A program made the position numbers and the translations under genes. Below, one piece after another: positions 45,548-56,268 of a stretch of 64,000 bases of DNA. Position 1 is the first letter of the stretch; the number at the start of each line of letters is the position of its first letter. The notes beneath the pieces are model-generated. The model had not been told where the DNA came from. It searched no databases and was given only the letters and a program-made list of their open reading frames with translations. This DNA comes from a virus (lineage: Duplodnaviria; Caudoviricetes): positions 19,751 to 83,750 of IMG/VR virus record IMGVR_UViG_3300033463_000073, one strand, 5' to 3'.

Positions 45548-47064
45548 TACGACAACATGACATCAGATGGTTCTTGGCTGAACCGACAAGGCTTATGATG
45601 ATGAAGCCTTTCACAAGGGGAGGGGTGATGAAAAGCCACGGTTTTGAAGGCAGTCCGATATACAACAACAATATGTTGAATACAGGATTTGCAAACCTTG
45701 AGTTAAATCCTATATCGCAAGACACGTACATAACCGAGTACCGCCCAGACCTCCATCATATCATCTTCAACGAGATAGTTCCAAAGATAAAGATTGTACT
45801 AAATGGAGTGGAACTGCCTGGTTCTATGATGAACATGACGCAGACGGCGTCGTTCCAGAAGATTATCCATGCAGCTCACGTAAGAAGCTTAACAAGCAAT
45901 CCGCTTGAGTTCACTCTGTGTAAAGGAGACTCTGATTCTGGAGGTAACAAGACGTTTGAGGAAGTTAAGGCTGAGTGGACGTGGCGCAACAACGACTGGT
46001 ATCTTGCACAAGCCATAAACACGTGCAAGCAACTCGGAAACTGCGGACTGCTGTTCTCGTTCGACAAAGATTCTGGACAGTACAATATCACAGTATACTC
46101 TTATGAAGACGGCTATCAGATTGTACCGAACTACGACGAGTACGGAATAGAGATAGCGCGTTCCCTTGTTTATCAGATAGACAGCAACATCATTATTGAT
46201 ACGTATGACGCCAACAATCACTATCACATCGTTCAAGCTGACAATCAGAACGGTTGGGAGATAACGATGGAGAAGCACGGTTTCTCACGCTGTCCGCTGC
46301 TGCACCAACGCGGCAAAGTTGCGTGGGAATATGCAGAGTCGACCATCGAGATATGGGAACTGATGACAAACATTCAGAACATAGCTCTCAAGAGATTTGG
46401 TACGTTTGCACTTGTATTCACTGGTGAGATGGATAAAGAATCGTTCAAGCGCGACTCTTCGACGCTTATCATCAATCTGTCGAGTGATACAACGAACGGA
46501 AAGCAGGATGCAAAAGTGCTCGATTTCCCTGAGCCGCAGACGATGGACGGATACCTCAAGACTCTTGAAGAGAAGATTTCATTGTTCTCAAGCACGTCGT
46601 TCATCACTCCGAAAGACATCACTGCCACGAACAGCGGAGGTAACGGTATCGCCCTCGCCATGTCTAACGACTACGCTCTTGCCACGCAGTCTGCTCTATC
46701 GTGGCGCAAGTTCGTCAACGACATGTTCTATTTACACCAAGAGGGTCTTGACCTTGAAAGCAACGGTACACAGAAATACGGCAAGCTGAAGGTCGGTGCG
46801 AAGATTGTGCCTTGGTCGTTGGAAACGAACAACACGAAGATTACGAACCTGCAGATGGAGGCAAAGTGGCTGTCAATGAAGACGATTATCGAACGCTCTC
46901 CTGATGCAGCCCCAGACGAGGAAGAGCGCATCATATCGGAAAGAGGAGCTCTTGTTCCGCAAGACGCCGTCACTGACGCTGAAACAGAGAAAGCCGCACG
47001 CATCAGCAAGAACAAATCTAACGAGATAGTAGACAACAATGCCAAAACAGGGCTTGATAACTAA
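45544..47064 (+). CDS. portal protein
   Basis: 506 aa directly after terL; SPP1-like size and motifs. Confidence 0.8.
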   Translation: MIRQHDIRWFLAEPTRLMMMKPFTRGGVMKSHGFEGSPIYNNNMLNTGFANLELNPISQDTYITEYRPDLHHIIFNEIVPKIKIVLNGVELPGSMMNMTQTASFQKIIHAAHVRSLTSNPLEFTLCKGDSDSGGNKTFEEVKAEWTWRNNDWYLAQAINTCKQLGNCGLLFSFDKDSGQYNITVYSYEDGYQIVPNYDEYGIEIARSLVYQIDSNIIIDTYDANNHYHIVQADNQNGWEITMEKHGFSRCPLLHQRGKVAWEYAESTIEIWELMTNIQNIALKRFGTFALVFTGEMDKESFKRDSSTLIINLSSDTTNGKQDAKVLDFPEPQTMDGYLKTLEEKISLFSSTSFITPKDITATNSGGNGIALAMSNDYALATQSALSWRKFVNDMFYLHQEGLDLESNGTQKYGKLKVGAKIVPWSLETNNTKITNLQMEAKWLSMKTIIERSPDAAPDEEERIISERGALVPQDAVTDAETEKAARISKNKSNEIVDNNAKTGLDN

Positions 47065-47082
47065 CAAGAAAGGAGGTTAATT

Positions 47083-47535
47083 ATGGAATTAGGAGAATTT
47101 TTAAACTGGATTTTAGGTATCTTGACAATTATAGCAGGTGGTGGTTGGTTCATTAACTGGCGAGCAAATAAGCGAAAATCCAATGGTGAAGCAACGCAGT
47201 CAGAGGCAGAGGGATGGAAGGCGATGCAAGACTTGTATCAGCAGACCATTGAAGACTTTAAGGTTTACAGCGAAGACATGCGTACAGAACGAGCCGTTTT
47301 GAAGAAGGAAAACTCTGAAATGAGAGAAAAGTACAAAGCTTATGACGATGAAATACTTCAACTAAAAAAGCAGCTTGCGAGACAAGATAGAAAAATTGAA
47401 GCAATAACCCCTTTTCTTTGCAGTGTCGTTGGATGTTTGAACCGCAAGAAAGTCAACCTCGCTGAAAACTCTGACGACGACAGCTTTGCGACAGAAGAAG
47501 AGAGAAACAAACAAGAAAACGAAAACAAAATTTAA
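47083..47535 (+). CDS. holin-like membrane/coiled-coil protein
   Basis: N-terminal TM then coiled coil, directly before endolysin. Confidence 0.5.
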   Translation: MELGEFLNWILGILTIIAGGGWFINWRANKRKSNGEATQSEAEGWKAMQDLYQQTIEDFKVYSEDMRTERAVLKKENSEMREKYKAYDDEILQLKKQLARQDRKIEAITPFLCSVVGCLNRKKVNLAENSDDDSFATEEERNKQENENKI

Positions 47536-47541
47536 TTCATT

Positions 47542-48159
47542 ATGTCAGTTTATATTACAAAGGGTAGCAGGGGCGATTTGGTGAGACGTATACAGCACGA
47601 GCTTCACCTTATCGAGGACGGCATTTTTGGAAGCATAACAGAAGAAGCTGTGAAGGCGTTCCAAAAAACAAACAACCTGAAAGCAGACGGAGTCGTAGGT
47701 GATAAAACTTGGGAAGCGATTTTTAAGAACTCTTTGAAGACGTCTAAGCGTAACATCAAATATATAGTAATCCATTGTACGGCGACTCCTGAAGGACGCG
47801 AAGAGACAGTTGAAAGCATACGACGTATGCATAAAGCGCAAGGATGGGCAGACATCGGCTACCATTACGTTGTGTATATTGACGGCTCTGTACACAACGG
47901 AAGAAACGTTGACTTGGTCGGAGCTCATTGTTATGGCTACAATGCAACGTCAATTGGCGTGTGTTATGTTGGCGGAGTTGACAAGAAACTCAAAGCGAAA
48001 GACACTCGCACAGACGCACAGAAAAAAGCATTGGAAAAACTTCTGAAAGAACTGAGAGTGCTATATCCGAAAGCTAAGATTGTCGGACATAGAGACTTAG
48101 ACAAGAAAGGAAAGCAATGTCCGTCGTTTGACGCTACAAAAGAATACAAAGACATTTAG
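47542..48159 (+). CDS. endolysin: PG-binding domain plus N-acetylmuramoyl-L-alanine amidase
   Basis: IVIHCTAT, DIGYHYVV, GAHC, SIGVCYVGG, GHRD, CPSF (T7 lysozyme-like). Confidence 0.9.
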   Translation: MSVYITKGSRGDLVRRIQHELHLIEDGIFGSITEEAVKAFQKTNNLKADGVVGDKTWEAIFKNSLKTSKRNIKYIVIHCTATPEGREETVESIRRMHKAQGWADIGYHYVVYIDGSVHNGRNVDLVGAHCYGYNATSIGVCYVGGVDKKLKAKDTRTDAQKKALEKLLKELRVLYPKAKIVGHRDLDKKGKQCPSFDATKEYKDI

Positions 48160-48163
48160 CATT

Positions 48164-48634
48164 ATGACAGCAGAAGAAGAAAAGGCAAGAATCATCAAAG
48201 AGTGTATGAATAACGCATTATACAACGGATGCGGCTCGCGCATGATGATAGCAGTGTTCGTGTTTGTCGTACTGCTTATGTCGTCTTGTGCCACACGAAC
48301 GCAGATAGAATACAGAGACCGCATCGTAGACCATTACATCACAAAAGTCGAAAAAGACACTGTGATAGAGAAGATGCACGACAGCGTGTATGTACATTCA
48401 AAAGGCGATACAGTATGGTTTGAGAAATGGCATACGAAATATGTTGACAAAATAGTATTGCGTCACGACACGTGCTGGCGAGACAGCATAGTTACAATAA
48501 AAAAAGAAACCACAAAAGAGGTTGTTAAAATACCAAAAATATTTAAGTATTCTTTGATATTTTCGATATTAGTTATTATCTTTGCAATCATAAAGTTCTA
48601 CAAATGGCTACGGGAGAAATCGGTAGGAATCTGA
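48164..48634 (+). CDS. spanin-like lipoprotein (u-spanin architecture)
   Basis: Hydrophobic signal ending LMSSC, beta-rich middle, C-terminal TM helix. Confidence 0.55.
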   Translation: MTAEEEKARIIKECMNNALYNGCGSRMMIAVFVFVVLLMSSCATRTQIEYRDRIVDHYITKVEKDTVIEKMHDSVYVHSKGDTVWFEKWHTKYVDKIVLRHDTCWRDSIVTIKKETTKEVVKIPKIFKYSLIFSILVIIFAIIKFYKWLREKSVGI

Positions 48635-51600
48635 CGTTCCCTATTTTCAATAGCGACGGAACGGCTTTCAACGACTTGGTTCTGCACAAGGCGACGTACG
48701 ACAGTGTCGTCATGTCTCTTGGCGACAAGATAACTGGTGACGTGTACTATCGCGGCACTGACTTGGCTGTCACGATGGGTGAGTATATCGAATACGATGG
48801 CGTCAGGTTTGTGCTTGTGAGTCCTCCAACAATCGTTCGAGAAGGTATGGTGAGTGACAACAGTGAACTGAAAGGGCTTACCAAGTACTCGTTCACGTTC
48901 TACCATCCGATGTACATGCTCAACAATTTCCCGTTCTCGGACATTGCCGTCACCACGGCACAAAGCAAGTACCTTTCACAGAACAAGTCATTCTCTTGGA
49001 TTGGCAACCTGACGGATTTCGTCGCAAAGATTAACAAGAATCTTGAAGGAACGCAATGGTATTGTGACATCAGTAGCGCAATATCTGCAAATGACCGCAA
49101 TAAACTTAGCGAGGTAATAGCATTCGACAAGAACACCATTGCTGACGCCTTGAAAAAAGGCTATGAGACATGGGAATTTCCATACATCATAAGCAAGATA
49201 AATCATGGCGAACCTCAATACAGCAGCGGAAAGCGTTTCCTTATTAGATTCGGCTTGCCTACAACCGAAATCACCGTTGACGGTTCACCTTTTGTATTTG
49301 AATACGGACAAGGCGTAGGACTTAAAAATAATTCGCGCACGCCGAGGAACAACAAGATTGTGACTCGCCTTGCGGGCTACGGTAGCGAAGACAATATACC
49401 TTATGGCTATCCTCAAATTCGTTGGTATGGAGACCAATCATGGGACTATACGGTAGAAAACAATCCGTCTGCTGCAAATTCATACCCGATATATGACGGC
49501 ATCCTTGGAGGTCAGAAAGTACGGCTTATCAAGCATCCTTTCACACGTACGCACTTGATGCCAAGCGTGTATGTCAATTCGCTTTTCAACAAGGTAAGCC
49601 CATATATCAGCGGCGGCGTTCAAAACCCGAACTACAACCCGAACACGGAGTTGAAGGACTACTACGATGCGGACAACACTTATCCTAACCCAATCGTACA
49701 AGACGCACCGTCATACGAGATACACGAGTTCGGCGACATAAAGCCAGAGTTGCAAAGCCGTCAGGTTTCTGCAATAGGCACTTATGACAACAACTACATG
49801 GAATCGGTCACGATGTCTGATTTCCTTGACATCCTTGATGATTTCATCACGCAATCGCAATATGACGTAGAAAAAACCGAAATAAAGAAGATAAAGGACG
49901 GCATTGAAACACATGATTCCGATTCTGGCTCCGTTTTGCCTCCAGTGTCATCGGTTGATGCACGCCTTTACTCTTGCAAGTGGTCATACCACAAGGACGA
50001 TGACTTTGCATACGTCAAGTACGAGTCCAATGGGCAGAACTTTGAATACACGGTACGACTATCCAACTCGATGCCTTCACCAGATTGGGATGACACGATG
50101 GATGATGATGGTAACTATGTGCAAAGTTATTTCACTATGACGCTGCCCGCTTTGGGCTTTGACCTTTACGCTTGTGCGGCAATCACACAACAGATGTCAA
50201 TCAACATGCGTAGCGGTGCTTGCATCGGCTGCACGTTCCCCGTTGCCGTTGATTGGGAGGACTACAAGAGGAATTTCTATGACGAGAACGGAGACTTTGA
50301 CCCTGTAATCGGCACTGGACACCCACGTAATGGTGACAAATACCCAAATTCGACAAGTTCCGCCATTACCGTTGTCGTGCAAAAGGAAACAAGCACATTC
50401 GGTACTTTGATGCCGAACATATACCAAAAGCCAGCAGCAGGCGACGACTTTGTCATCTTGGGCATATCGTTACCTTCGACATACGTCACTTCTGCAGAAG
50501 AGCGTCTTGATGACGACATGGAACAGTACATGCGTGACAACAACGTGTACTATTTCGACTACCCGTTTAAGTTTGACGAGGCTTTCCTTGCAACGCATAC
50601 CGACATCTTGCAACAAATGAAGCCCAACGTCGTAGTCCGCTTCAAGTACAACGGCGAGACGCTTGCCTTGTACATAAAGCAGATGTCCATCAAGTTCGGC
50701 GACAAGCCGTTGCCAGAATACAACATTACGCTGACCGACGATGTTGAAATCGTACTAAACCAAATCGGAAGTGTTACGGAAGAGGTGTCCAACCTGCGGC
50801 TCTTGCTTGGCGAAGAAGGCGGAGGCGTTCTTGACGGGAACAAATACCTGCGCAAGGACAAGGATGATACCGCATCTGGCCTTATAAGGCTATTGCGCGG
50901 CATTCAGGTCGGCGAACGGTTTGTTACTGGCCTGTTGGGCGAAGGAGGCATATTCCGCAAGGATGCCGACGGCACTACATATCTTGAATGCGACAAAATG
51001 TATGTCCGCATGAAGGCATACTTTGACACCGTCGAGGTTCGCAAATACCTGCATAGCGGAGGAAACCGCATCGCATCCGCAGCGGGCATCAAGTGTTCCC
51101 GTGTCGAATGGCTTACAAGCAACAACACCGTTACCGATGACATAAACAGTGCCGTAAAGTTCCGTTGCTATTTTCGTGGAAACAACGACGGCGTTGAGAT
51201 TACCAATGACTTTGTCGTTGGCGACCAAGCATTCTGCCACGAGACGAACGTGAACACATCGGCACTTGACATGCGCCATTATTGGCGACTTGTGATAGCA
51301 AAGAGCAGCGTAACGAACGAGAACGGCGAACACTGGATTGACTTGTCGAACTACCGCAACCAAAACGGCACACCGTCCAACATGACATGGGTGAACGAGC
51401 GCGGCGTAACCGTCAACCATCTTAGCCACCAAGCGGGAAGTGACATTCCTCTTGCACAAGACGACATCATACAATTGGGAAATGCTGACGATACGACCCG
51501 TCAGGGTGCTATCATCGAATACGTGACTGGCGAAGATGCCCCATCTTACAAGATATACCAAAACATAGACGATTTCTCGTTTGAGGACACCAACTTTATT

Positions 51601-54600
51601 GCCCTTGGTTACAACTCGCAAACTGGACACGCATATTTGAACGTCTACGGTGATGCCTATATAGGCGACCCTGATGGAAGCACATTCATCAAATACGAGC
51701 AAGAGGATTCGCAGACGCACCAACCGAAGATGACCATCAAGGCGGTTGTGGAGTTTGTCGACCCAGACACGGGGCAATCGACCCAGCTTGAGGATTTTGC
51801 CAACACAGTCGTAACAGATATAGAGAACATACAGTCGCAGATAGACGGCGAACTTGATACATGGTACTACGCTGGTGTCCCGACACTACAGAACGCTCCA
51901 GCAAACCAATGGACTACTGACGATGACAAGAAGATGCACGTCGGCGACTTGTACTATGACAAAGATTCTGGTTTTGTGTATCGTTTCATTTATGATACTT
52001 CTGTCACGCCTAATGTGTACAAGTGGATTCAGATTCACGATGATGCAATATCAGAAGCTCTGAAACAAGCAGAAAAGGCGCAGGACACGGCAGACCACAA
52101 GCGCAGGGTGTTTGTTGTACAGCCAACGCCTATACCACCCAACACCTACGTAGAGTATGATGTAGGTGACTTGTGGACGAACGCAACTGGAACGTTCACT
52201 TATACGGAAGGCGGAGTAACACAAAGTGTCACATACGACAACGACTTGTTGAGGTGCAAGCGTTCAAAGCCTATTAGGAATGCAAGCGGCATTGTCGTTG
52301 ACGGGGCATTCAGTATTGCCGATTGGGAACTTGCAACAGGGTACACTGATGATACGAAGATAGACAATTTCCTTGACGGCTATCAGGGAACACTGACAAC
52401 AATACGCAATCAGGTTGACCAAAAGGCTGAAACATACTATCAGGATAACGACCCTTCAACTAACCAATGGGGAGCAGAACATGTTGGTGATATGTGGTTC
52501 TGCACGTCAAACCATACCGCACCGTCCAAATACCAAAAGGGAACGACATGGGTGTGGCAGGAAATTCAGGGTTCTTATGTATGGGCAGAGGCTGAGATTC
52601 CGCAAGTGGTGTTTGACACGATTGACGGTAAAAAGGCTATCTATGTGGCTTGGAACACTTGGTACATTAATGACAAATTTGGAAACACAGTAAGCAACCT
52701 TGCATTGCGCGACTTGCTTATCCCAGCATCGGACATTACTCCGCAAGGTGACGGAAGTGACAAGAATTACTACGCTAACAGGATGTACCGTTGTGTCAGT
52801 CTGAACCCAATATCCTTCCAAGAAGTTGACTATGTGGACAATCAAACGTGGAGTAACGCGGTTCAGCAAATCTACGGTAATATGTCCACCATTGAAGGTC
52901 AGGTGGACAAGAAGGCTGAGACGTGGTATCAGAACACGAACCCAGAGAACGCATGGACAAGCGATGAAAAGTCACATCACGTAGGCGACCTATGGCTTGT
53001 GAACATTGACGTTACTGGCAGTCAAATCTACAAGGCTGGAACGACGTGGTACTATAAGGACAATGGTGTTGGAACAAGCCCGCGCTACACATGGGAAAGG
53101 CAAGTAGTGCCACAGGAGGTGTTCGACTATGCCGACGGCAAGGCGGCGATATTCGTAGGAAGCACATTGCCCACTAACTACCACGTAAACGATATGTGGT
53201 TCATAGGGGACGGTGTTGCCGACGCAAATCTCCCAATTGGGTGTATCGCAGGCGACGTAGTTGTGTCAAGTGCGGAGAGTACTACTTACAACAAGTCCCA
53301 TTGGGCTAAGAAAGACCGCTATACGGATGACTCAAAGTTTAACGGTTATATTACCCAAATCATTAATGGCACAAGCGGCACTTCGGATTCAGCACAGGTT
53401 GCACAGGCATTGCACGTCATTAAGGCTGCTCTTAACGAGAATACGAGTATTGACGGCGGTCTTATCCTCACATCCCTGATTTCGCTTAGAAGCAATAATC
53501 AAGTGTGGGCAGGAATCAGTGGCCTATACGATGCTACTAAACTTGGCAGCGGTATTGCATCATGGTATGGCGGTCTGATGAAAGATTACGAAGCCCTTAC
53601 GGATGCACAGAAAAACCAAGGGTGGAGTGTACACCATTGGGCAAGGTCTTTGTTCCGTTTCGACGGAAGCGGCTATCTTGCTACTGGCAATGTTTCTTGG
53701 GACGAAGATGGTGTTGTAACCATAAAGAACCTTACCACGCTGTATGATTCAAACAACGAGGATGTTCTTAACAAGGTCGCATCTTTGACGGGAGCATTCC
53801 ATTTCTCCACACGAGGAAGCGGTAGTAGTACGGTCACTTATATCAATCCACAGATGATGTTTGACCACATACGCCTTTCCCACGAAAGCAACTACGGCTT
53901 TAACGGCCTTGATGTGCTGAACAGGAACGAAATGGATGCACGTTATGTCCGTCTTGACTTCTTTAACGCCTTGTTCCAAGCATACAGCAGTGAGACAATA
54001 TCCGACCAAAACAAGATAGACCCGACATCGTGGACGGCGCAGACTACGGTCAACAATTTGAAGATACTCGTCGGCGCATGGACTGACCAGTATTTGTCCG
54101 CAAAAGGTCTCAACAACAGCGGTAGCGGTGGTAGCGGCGTATCTTTGAATGAGCCTCTCAACGGAATTAACACAGCAAACATCGGTGCGCCAAGCACAAG
54201 CGGTCAGGCAATCGTGTGGAACGGCTCGGCTTGGGTGTACTCCATCTATACCACCTTGCGTGCCGCTGGTCTGTATTCCGCAGGTACGATAGCCTCATAC
54301 GGAAACTTTACTTCGACACAAGGCGACTTCATTGCTTCGGCAGGCCACGGCTTCAAGGTGACAGGCAGTGACAACACCTCCGTCCTGCTGGCTGGCGGCG
54401 GGACGAAACCGCTGAGCGAGATTGGTTCTGCGTACACTCTTCCCGCTGCCACGGCTGCTGCCCTTGGTGGTCTGAAGGTGAACCAGTCATACGGGCAGGC
54501 CGTAACAGTACAGTCTTCGGGGAACGTCAGCACAAGCAACTATGGTTTGCAAATTGACTCAAACGGAATGGGATTCGTCTATGTGCCTTGCCTTCCTTTG

Positions 54601-56265
54601 AATGGCGGAACGCTGACGGGTGACTTGAACACCAACAGCAACATTAAGATTACAGGCTACAACAACAGGGTATTCGGTTTAATCCAGACAAAATCAGATG
54701 ATAATAGCGGTCATGTCGGTGACAACATTGATGTCGGGTGGAACTGGACAAATGTTGACGGCTCTGGTGCTTTCTTTCGCAGTTCGGACGCTGACGGCAG
54801 TTTCGGTTTCTATGCCCGTAAAGGCTCTTCCACGACCCAGCTTGTAGGCACGCCCGCTGGTAGTCTTAAATGGGGCGGCAATGAGATAGCCACGCAGACG
54901 TGGGTGAATAGTCAAGGGTTCATTACAAGTGCCACCGACACAAAGAACACTACCGGTGGTGACAATTTAGGTAGCAAACTATTCTTGGTCGGTATGACCG
55001 CACAGACAACAAATAACGGCAATAGTAGGACATACACAAACTCAAATTGCTACACTTCTGGTGGTTATTTGTATAGCGGCGGCCTAAAAGTTGCTACCGA
55101 AAGCTGGGTGTCTGACCAACACTACATAACGGGTTACACTGACACAAAGAATACCGCTGGTACGACAAACCTTGCAAGTATAAAGTTGTTTATTGTAGGT
55201 GCTGCATCACAAGCGGCTAATCCGCAGACGTACTCTAACTCAAATTGCTACGTCGGTTCTGACAACTGTTTGTATTCGAACGGTGCTAAAGTTGCAACAG
55301 GTACAATCCCCACCAAGACGTCTCAACTTACAAACGACAGTGGGTATATCACAAGTGATAGCGACACCAAGAACACGGCTGGGGCGACAAATCTTGCTTC
55401 GACCAAATTGTTCATAATTGGCGCAACGGCACAAAACAATAATCCTGTGACGTATTCTAACACAAACTGTTACGTCGACACAGATAATTGCCTTTACAGT
55501 AATGGCTCTAAGGTTGCCACTGGCACGATACCTACAAAGACGTCACAACTTACGAATGATTCTGGGTATCTGACATCTGGCGACGTGGTGACAACAAATA
55601 CAGCACAGAGTATAGGTGCTGCTAAGACTTTCACGGCAACTTTGACATCTTCTGCTGGCGGTAGTTTTACAGGTGGATTGAGGTTCTATTCAATTTGCAT
55701 TGAATGTAATTCCGATGGAACTCCTAATTCTGGTAGAAGCGGCGAGATTAACCGCTACGGAAGCCAGAACCTTCACTTGCAATATGACAGCGATACTGGT
55801 GGCGTAACAATGTGCCGACAAAAGTTTGTGTTCAGTAGCACAAGCTCCACATCGCAACTATCGTCAAACAACAATAACTTCAGTTTTCTTGTCGGTACAG
55901 GAACACCATATATTGATAAGGCATGGCAGGTTACATCGGATATGCGCAAAAAGGACATTGCTCGATATATCAATCTCGACATCAGCAGAATAGCCGATGC
56001 ACCCGTGTTCGACTTTACTTGGAAGAATGACATCACAAAGCAGTTGACGCTTGGTTCGTCGGCACAATACTGGCAGAGTGTATTCCCGAACGCTATCCGT
56101 CAAACGCCAGATGGCTACCTTGGAATGGACTACAGTTCGATTGCCCTTGCATCAGCCGTTCTTACCGCCCGCAAGGTCGTTGACCACGAAAAGCGGATAA
56201 GGCTCTTGGAGGTGGAGAACGAGGCTTTGAGAAGAGAAATAGACCAACTTAAAAAAGCGGCATAG
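48604..56265 (+). CDS. large tail hub/fibre protein with C-terminal S74 intramolecular chaperone
   Basis: 2553 aa; internal repeats; SDMRKK...GSSAQYWQ...coiled-coil C terminus. Confidence 0.85.
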   Translation: MATGEIGRNLTFPIFNSDGTAFNDLVLHKATYDSVVMSLGDKITGDVYYRGTDLAVTMGEYIEYDGVRFVLVSPPTIVREGMVSDNSELKGLTKYSFTFYHPMYMLNNFPFSDIAVTTAQSKYLSQNKSFSWIGNLTDFVAKINKNLEGTQWYCDISSAISANDRNKLSEVIAFDKNTIADALKKGYETWEFPYIISKINHGEPQYSSGKRFLIRFGLPTTEITVDGSPFVFEYGQGVGLKNNSRTPRNNKIVTRLAGYGSEDNIPYGYPQIRWYGDQSWDYTVENNPSAANSYPIYDGILGGQKVRLIKHPFTRTHLMPSVYVNSLFNKVSPYISGGVQNPNYNPNTELKDYYDADNTYPNPIVQDAPSYEIHEFGDIKPELQSRQVSAIGTYDNNYMESVTMSDFLDILDDFITQSQYDVEKTEIKKIKDGIETHDSDSGSVLPPVSSVDARLYSCKWSYHKDDDFAYVKYESNGQNFEYTVRLSNSMPSPDWDDTMDDDGNYVQSYFTMTLPALGFDLYACAAITQQMSINMRSGACIGCTFPVAVDWEDYKRNFYDENGDFDPVIGTGHPRNGDKYPNSTSSAITVVVQKETSTFGTLMPNIYQKPAAGDDFVILGISLPSTYVTSAEERLDDDMEQYMRDNNVYYFDYPFKFDEAFLATHTDILQQMKPNVVVRFKYNGETLALYIKQMSIKFGDKPLPEYNITLTDDVEIVLNQIGSVTEEVSNLRLLLGEEGGGVLDGNKYLRKDKDDTASGLIRLLRGIQVGERFVTGLLGEGGIFRKDADGTTYLECDKMYVRMKAYFDTVEVRKYLHSGGNRIASAAGIKCSRVEWLTSNNTVTDDINSAVKFRCYFRGNNDGVEITNDFVVGDQAFCHETNVNTSALDMRHYWRLVIAKSSVTNENGEHWIDLSNYRNQNGTPSNMTWVNERGVTVNHLSHQAGSDIPLAQDDIIQLGNADDTTRQGAIIEYVTGEDAPSYKIYQNIDDFSFEDTNFIALGYNSQTGHAYLNVYGDAYIGDPDGSTFIKYEQEDSQTHQPKMTIKAVVEFVDPDTGQSTQLEDFANTVVTDIENIQSQIDGELDTWYYAGVPTLQNAPANQWTTDDDKKMHVGDLYYDKDSGFVYRFIYDTSVTPNVYKWIQIHDDAISEALKQAEKAQDTADHKRRVFVVQPTPIPPNTYVEYDVGDLWTNATGTFTYTEGGVTQSVTYDNDLLRCKRSKPIRNASGIVVDGAFSIADWELATGYTDDTKIDNFLDGYQGTLTTIRNQVDQKAETYYQDNDPSTNQWGAEHVGDMWFCTSNHTAPSKYQKGTTWVWQEIQGSYVWAEAEIPQVVFDTIDGKKAIYVAWNTWYINDKFGNTVSNLALRDLLIPASDITPQGDGSDKNYYANRMYRCVSLNPISFQEVDYVDNQTWSNAVQQIYGNMSTIEGQVDKKAETWYQNTNPENAWTSDEKSHHVGDLWLVNIDVTGSQIYKAGTTWYYKDNGVGTSPRYTWERQVVPQEVFDYADGKAAIFVGSTLPTNYHVNDMWFIGDGVADANLPIGCIAGDVVVSSAESTTYNKSHWAKKDRYTDDSKFNGYITQIINGTSGTSDSAQVAQALHVIKAALNENTSIDGGLILTSLISLRSNNQVWAGISGLYDATKLGSGIASWYGGLMKDYEALTDAQKNQGWSVHHWARSLFRFDGSGYLATGNVSWDEDGVVTIKNLTTLYDSNNEDVLNKVASLTGAFHFSTRGSGSSTVTYINPQMMFDHIRLSHESNYGFNGLDVLNRNEMDARYVRLDFFNALFQAYSSETISDQNKIDPTSWTAQTTVNNLKILVGAWTDQYLSAKGLNNSGSGGSGVSLNEPLNGINTANIGAPSTSGQAIVWNGSAWVYSIYTTLRAAGLYSAGTIASYGNFTSTQGDFIASAGHGFKVTGSDNTSVLLAGGGTKPLSEIGSAYTLPAATAAALGGLKVNQSYGQAVTVQSSGNVSTSNYGLQIDSNGMGFVYVPCLPLNGGTLTGDLNTNSNIKITGYNNRVFGLIQTKSDDNSGHVGDNIDVGWNWTNVDGSGAFFRSSDADGSFGFYARKGSSTTQLVGTPAGSLKWGGNEIATQTWVNSQGFITSATDTKNTTGGDNLGSKLFLVGMTAQTTNNGNSRTYTNSNCYTSGGYLYSGGLKVATESWVSDQHYITGYTDTKNTAGTTNLASIKLFIVGAASQAANPQTYSNSNCYVGSDNCLYSNGAKVATGTIPTKTSQLTNDSGYITSDSDTKNTAGATNLASTKLFIIGATAQNNNPVTYSNTNCYVDTDNCLYSNGSKVATGTIPTKTSQLTNDSGYLTSGDVVTTNTAQSIGAAKTFTATLTSSAGGSFTGGLRFYSICIECNSDGTPNSGRSGEINRYGSQNLHLQYDSDTGGVTMCRQKFVFSSTSSTSQLSSNNNNFSFLVGTGTPYIDKAWQVTSDMRKKDIARYINLDISRIADAPVFDFTWKNDITKQLTLGSSAQYWQSVFPNAIRQTPDGYLGMDYSSIALASAVLTARKVVDHEKRIRLLEVENEALRREIDQLKKAA
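54934..55580 (+). repeat. three ~70-aa tandem repeats in tail fibre
   Basis: DTKNTxG...KLF(L/I)(V/I)G...TY(T/S)N(S/T)NCY...LYS(G/N)G-x-KVAT repeated three times. Confidence 0.85.
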
Positions 56266-56268
56266 GAT

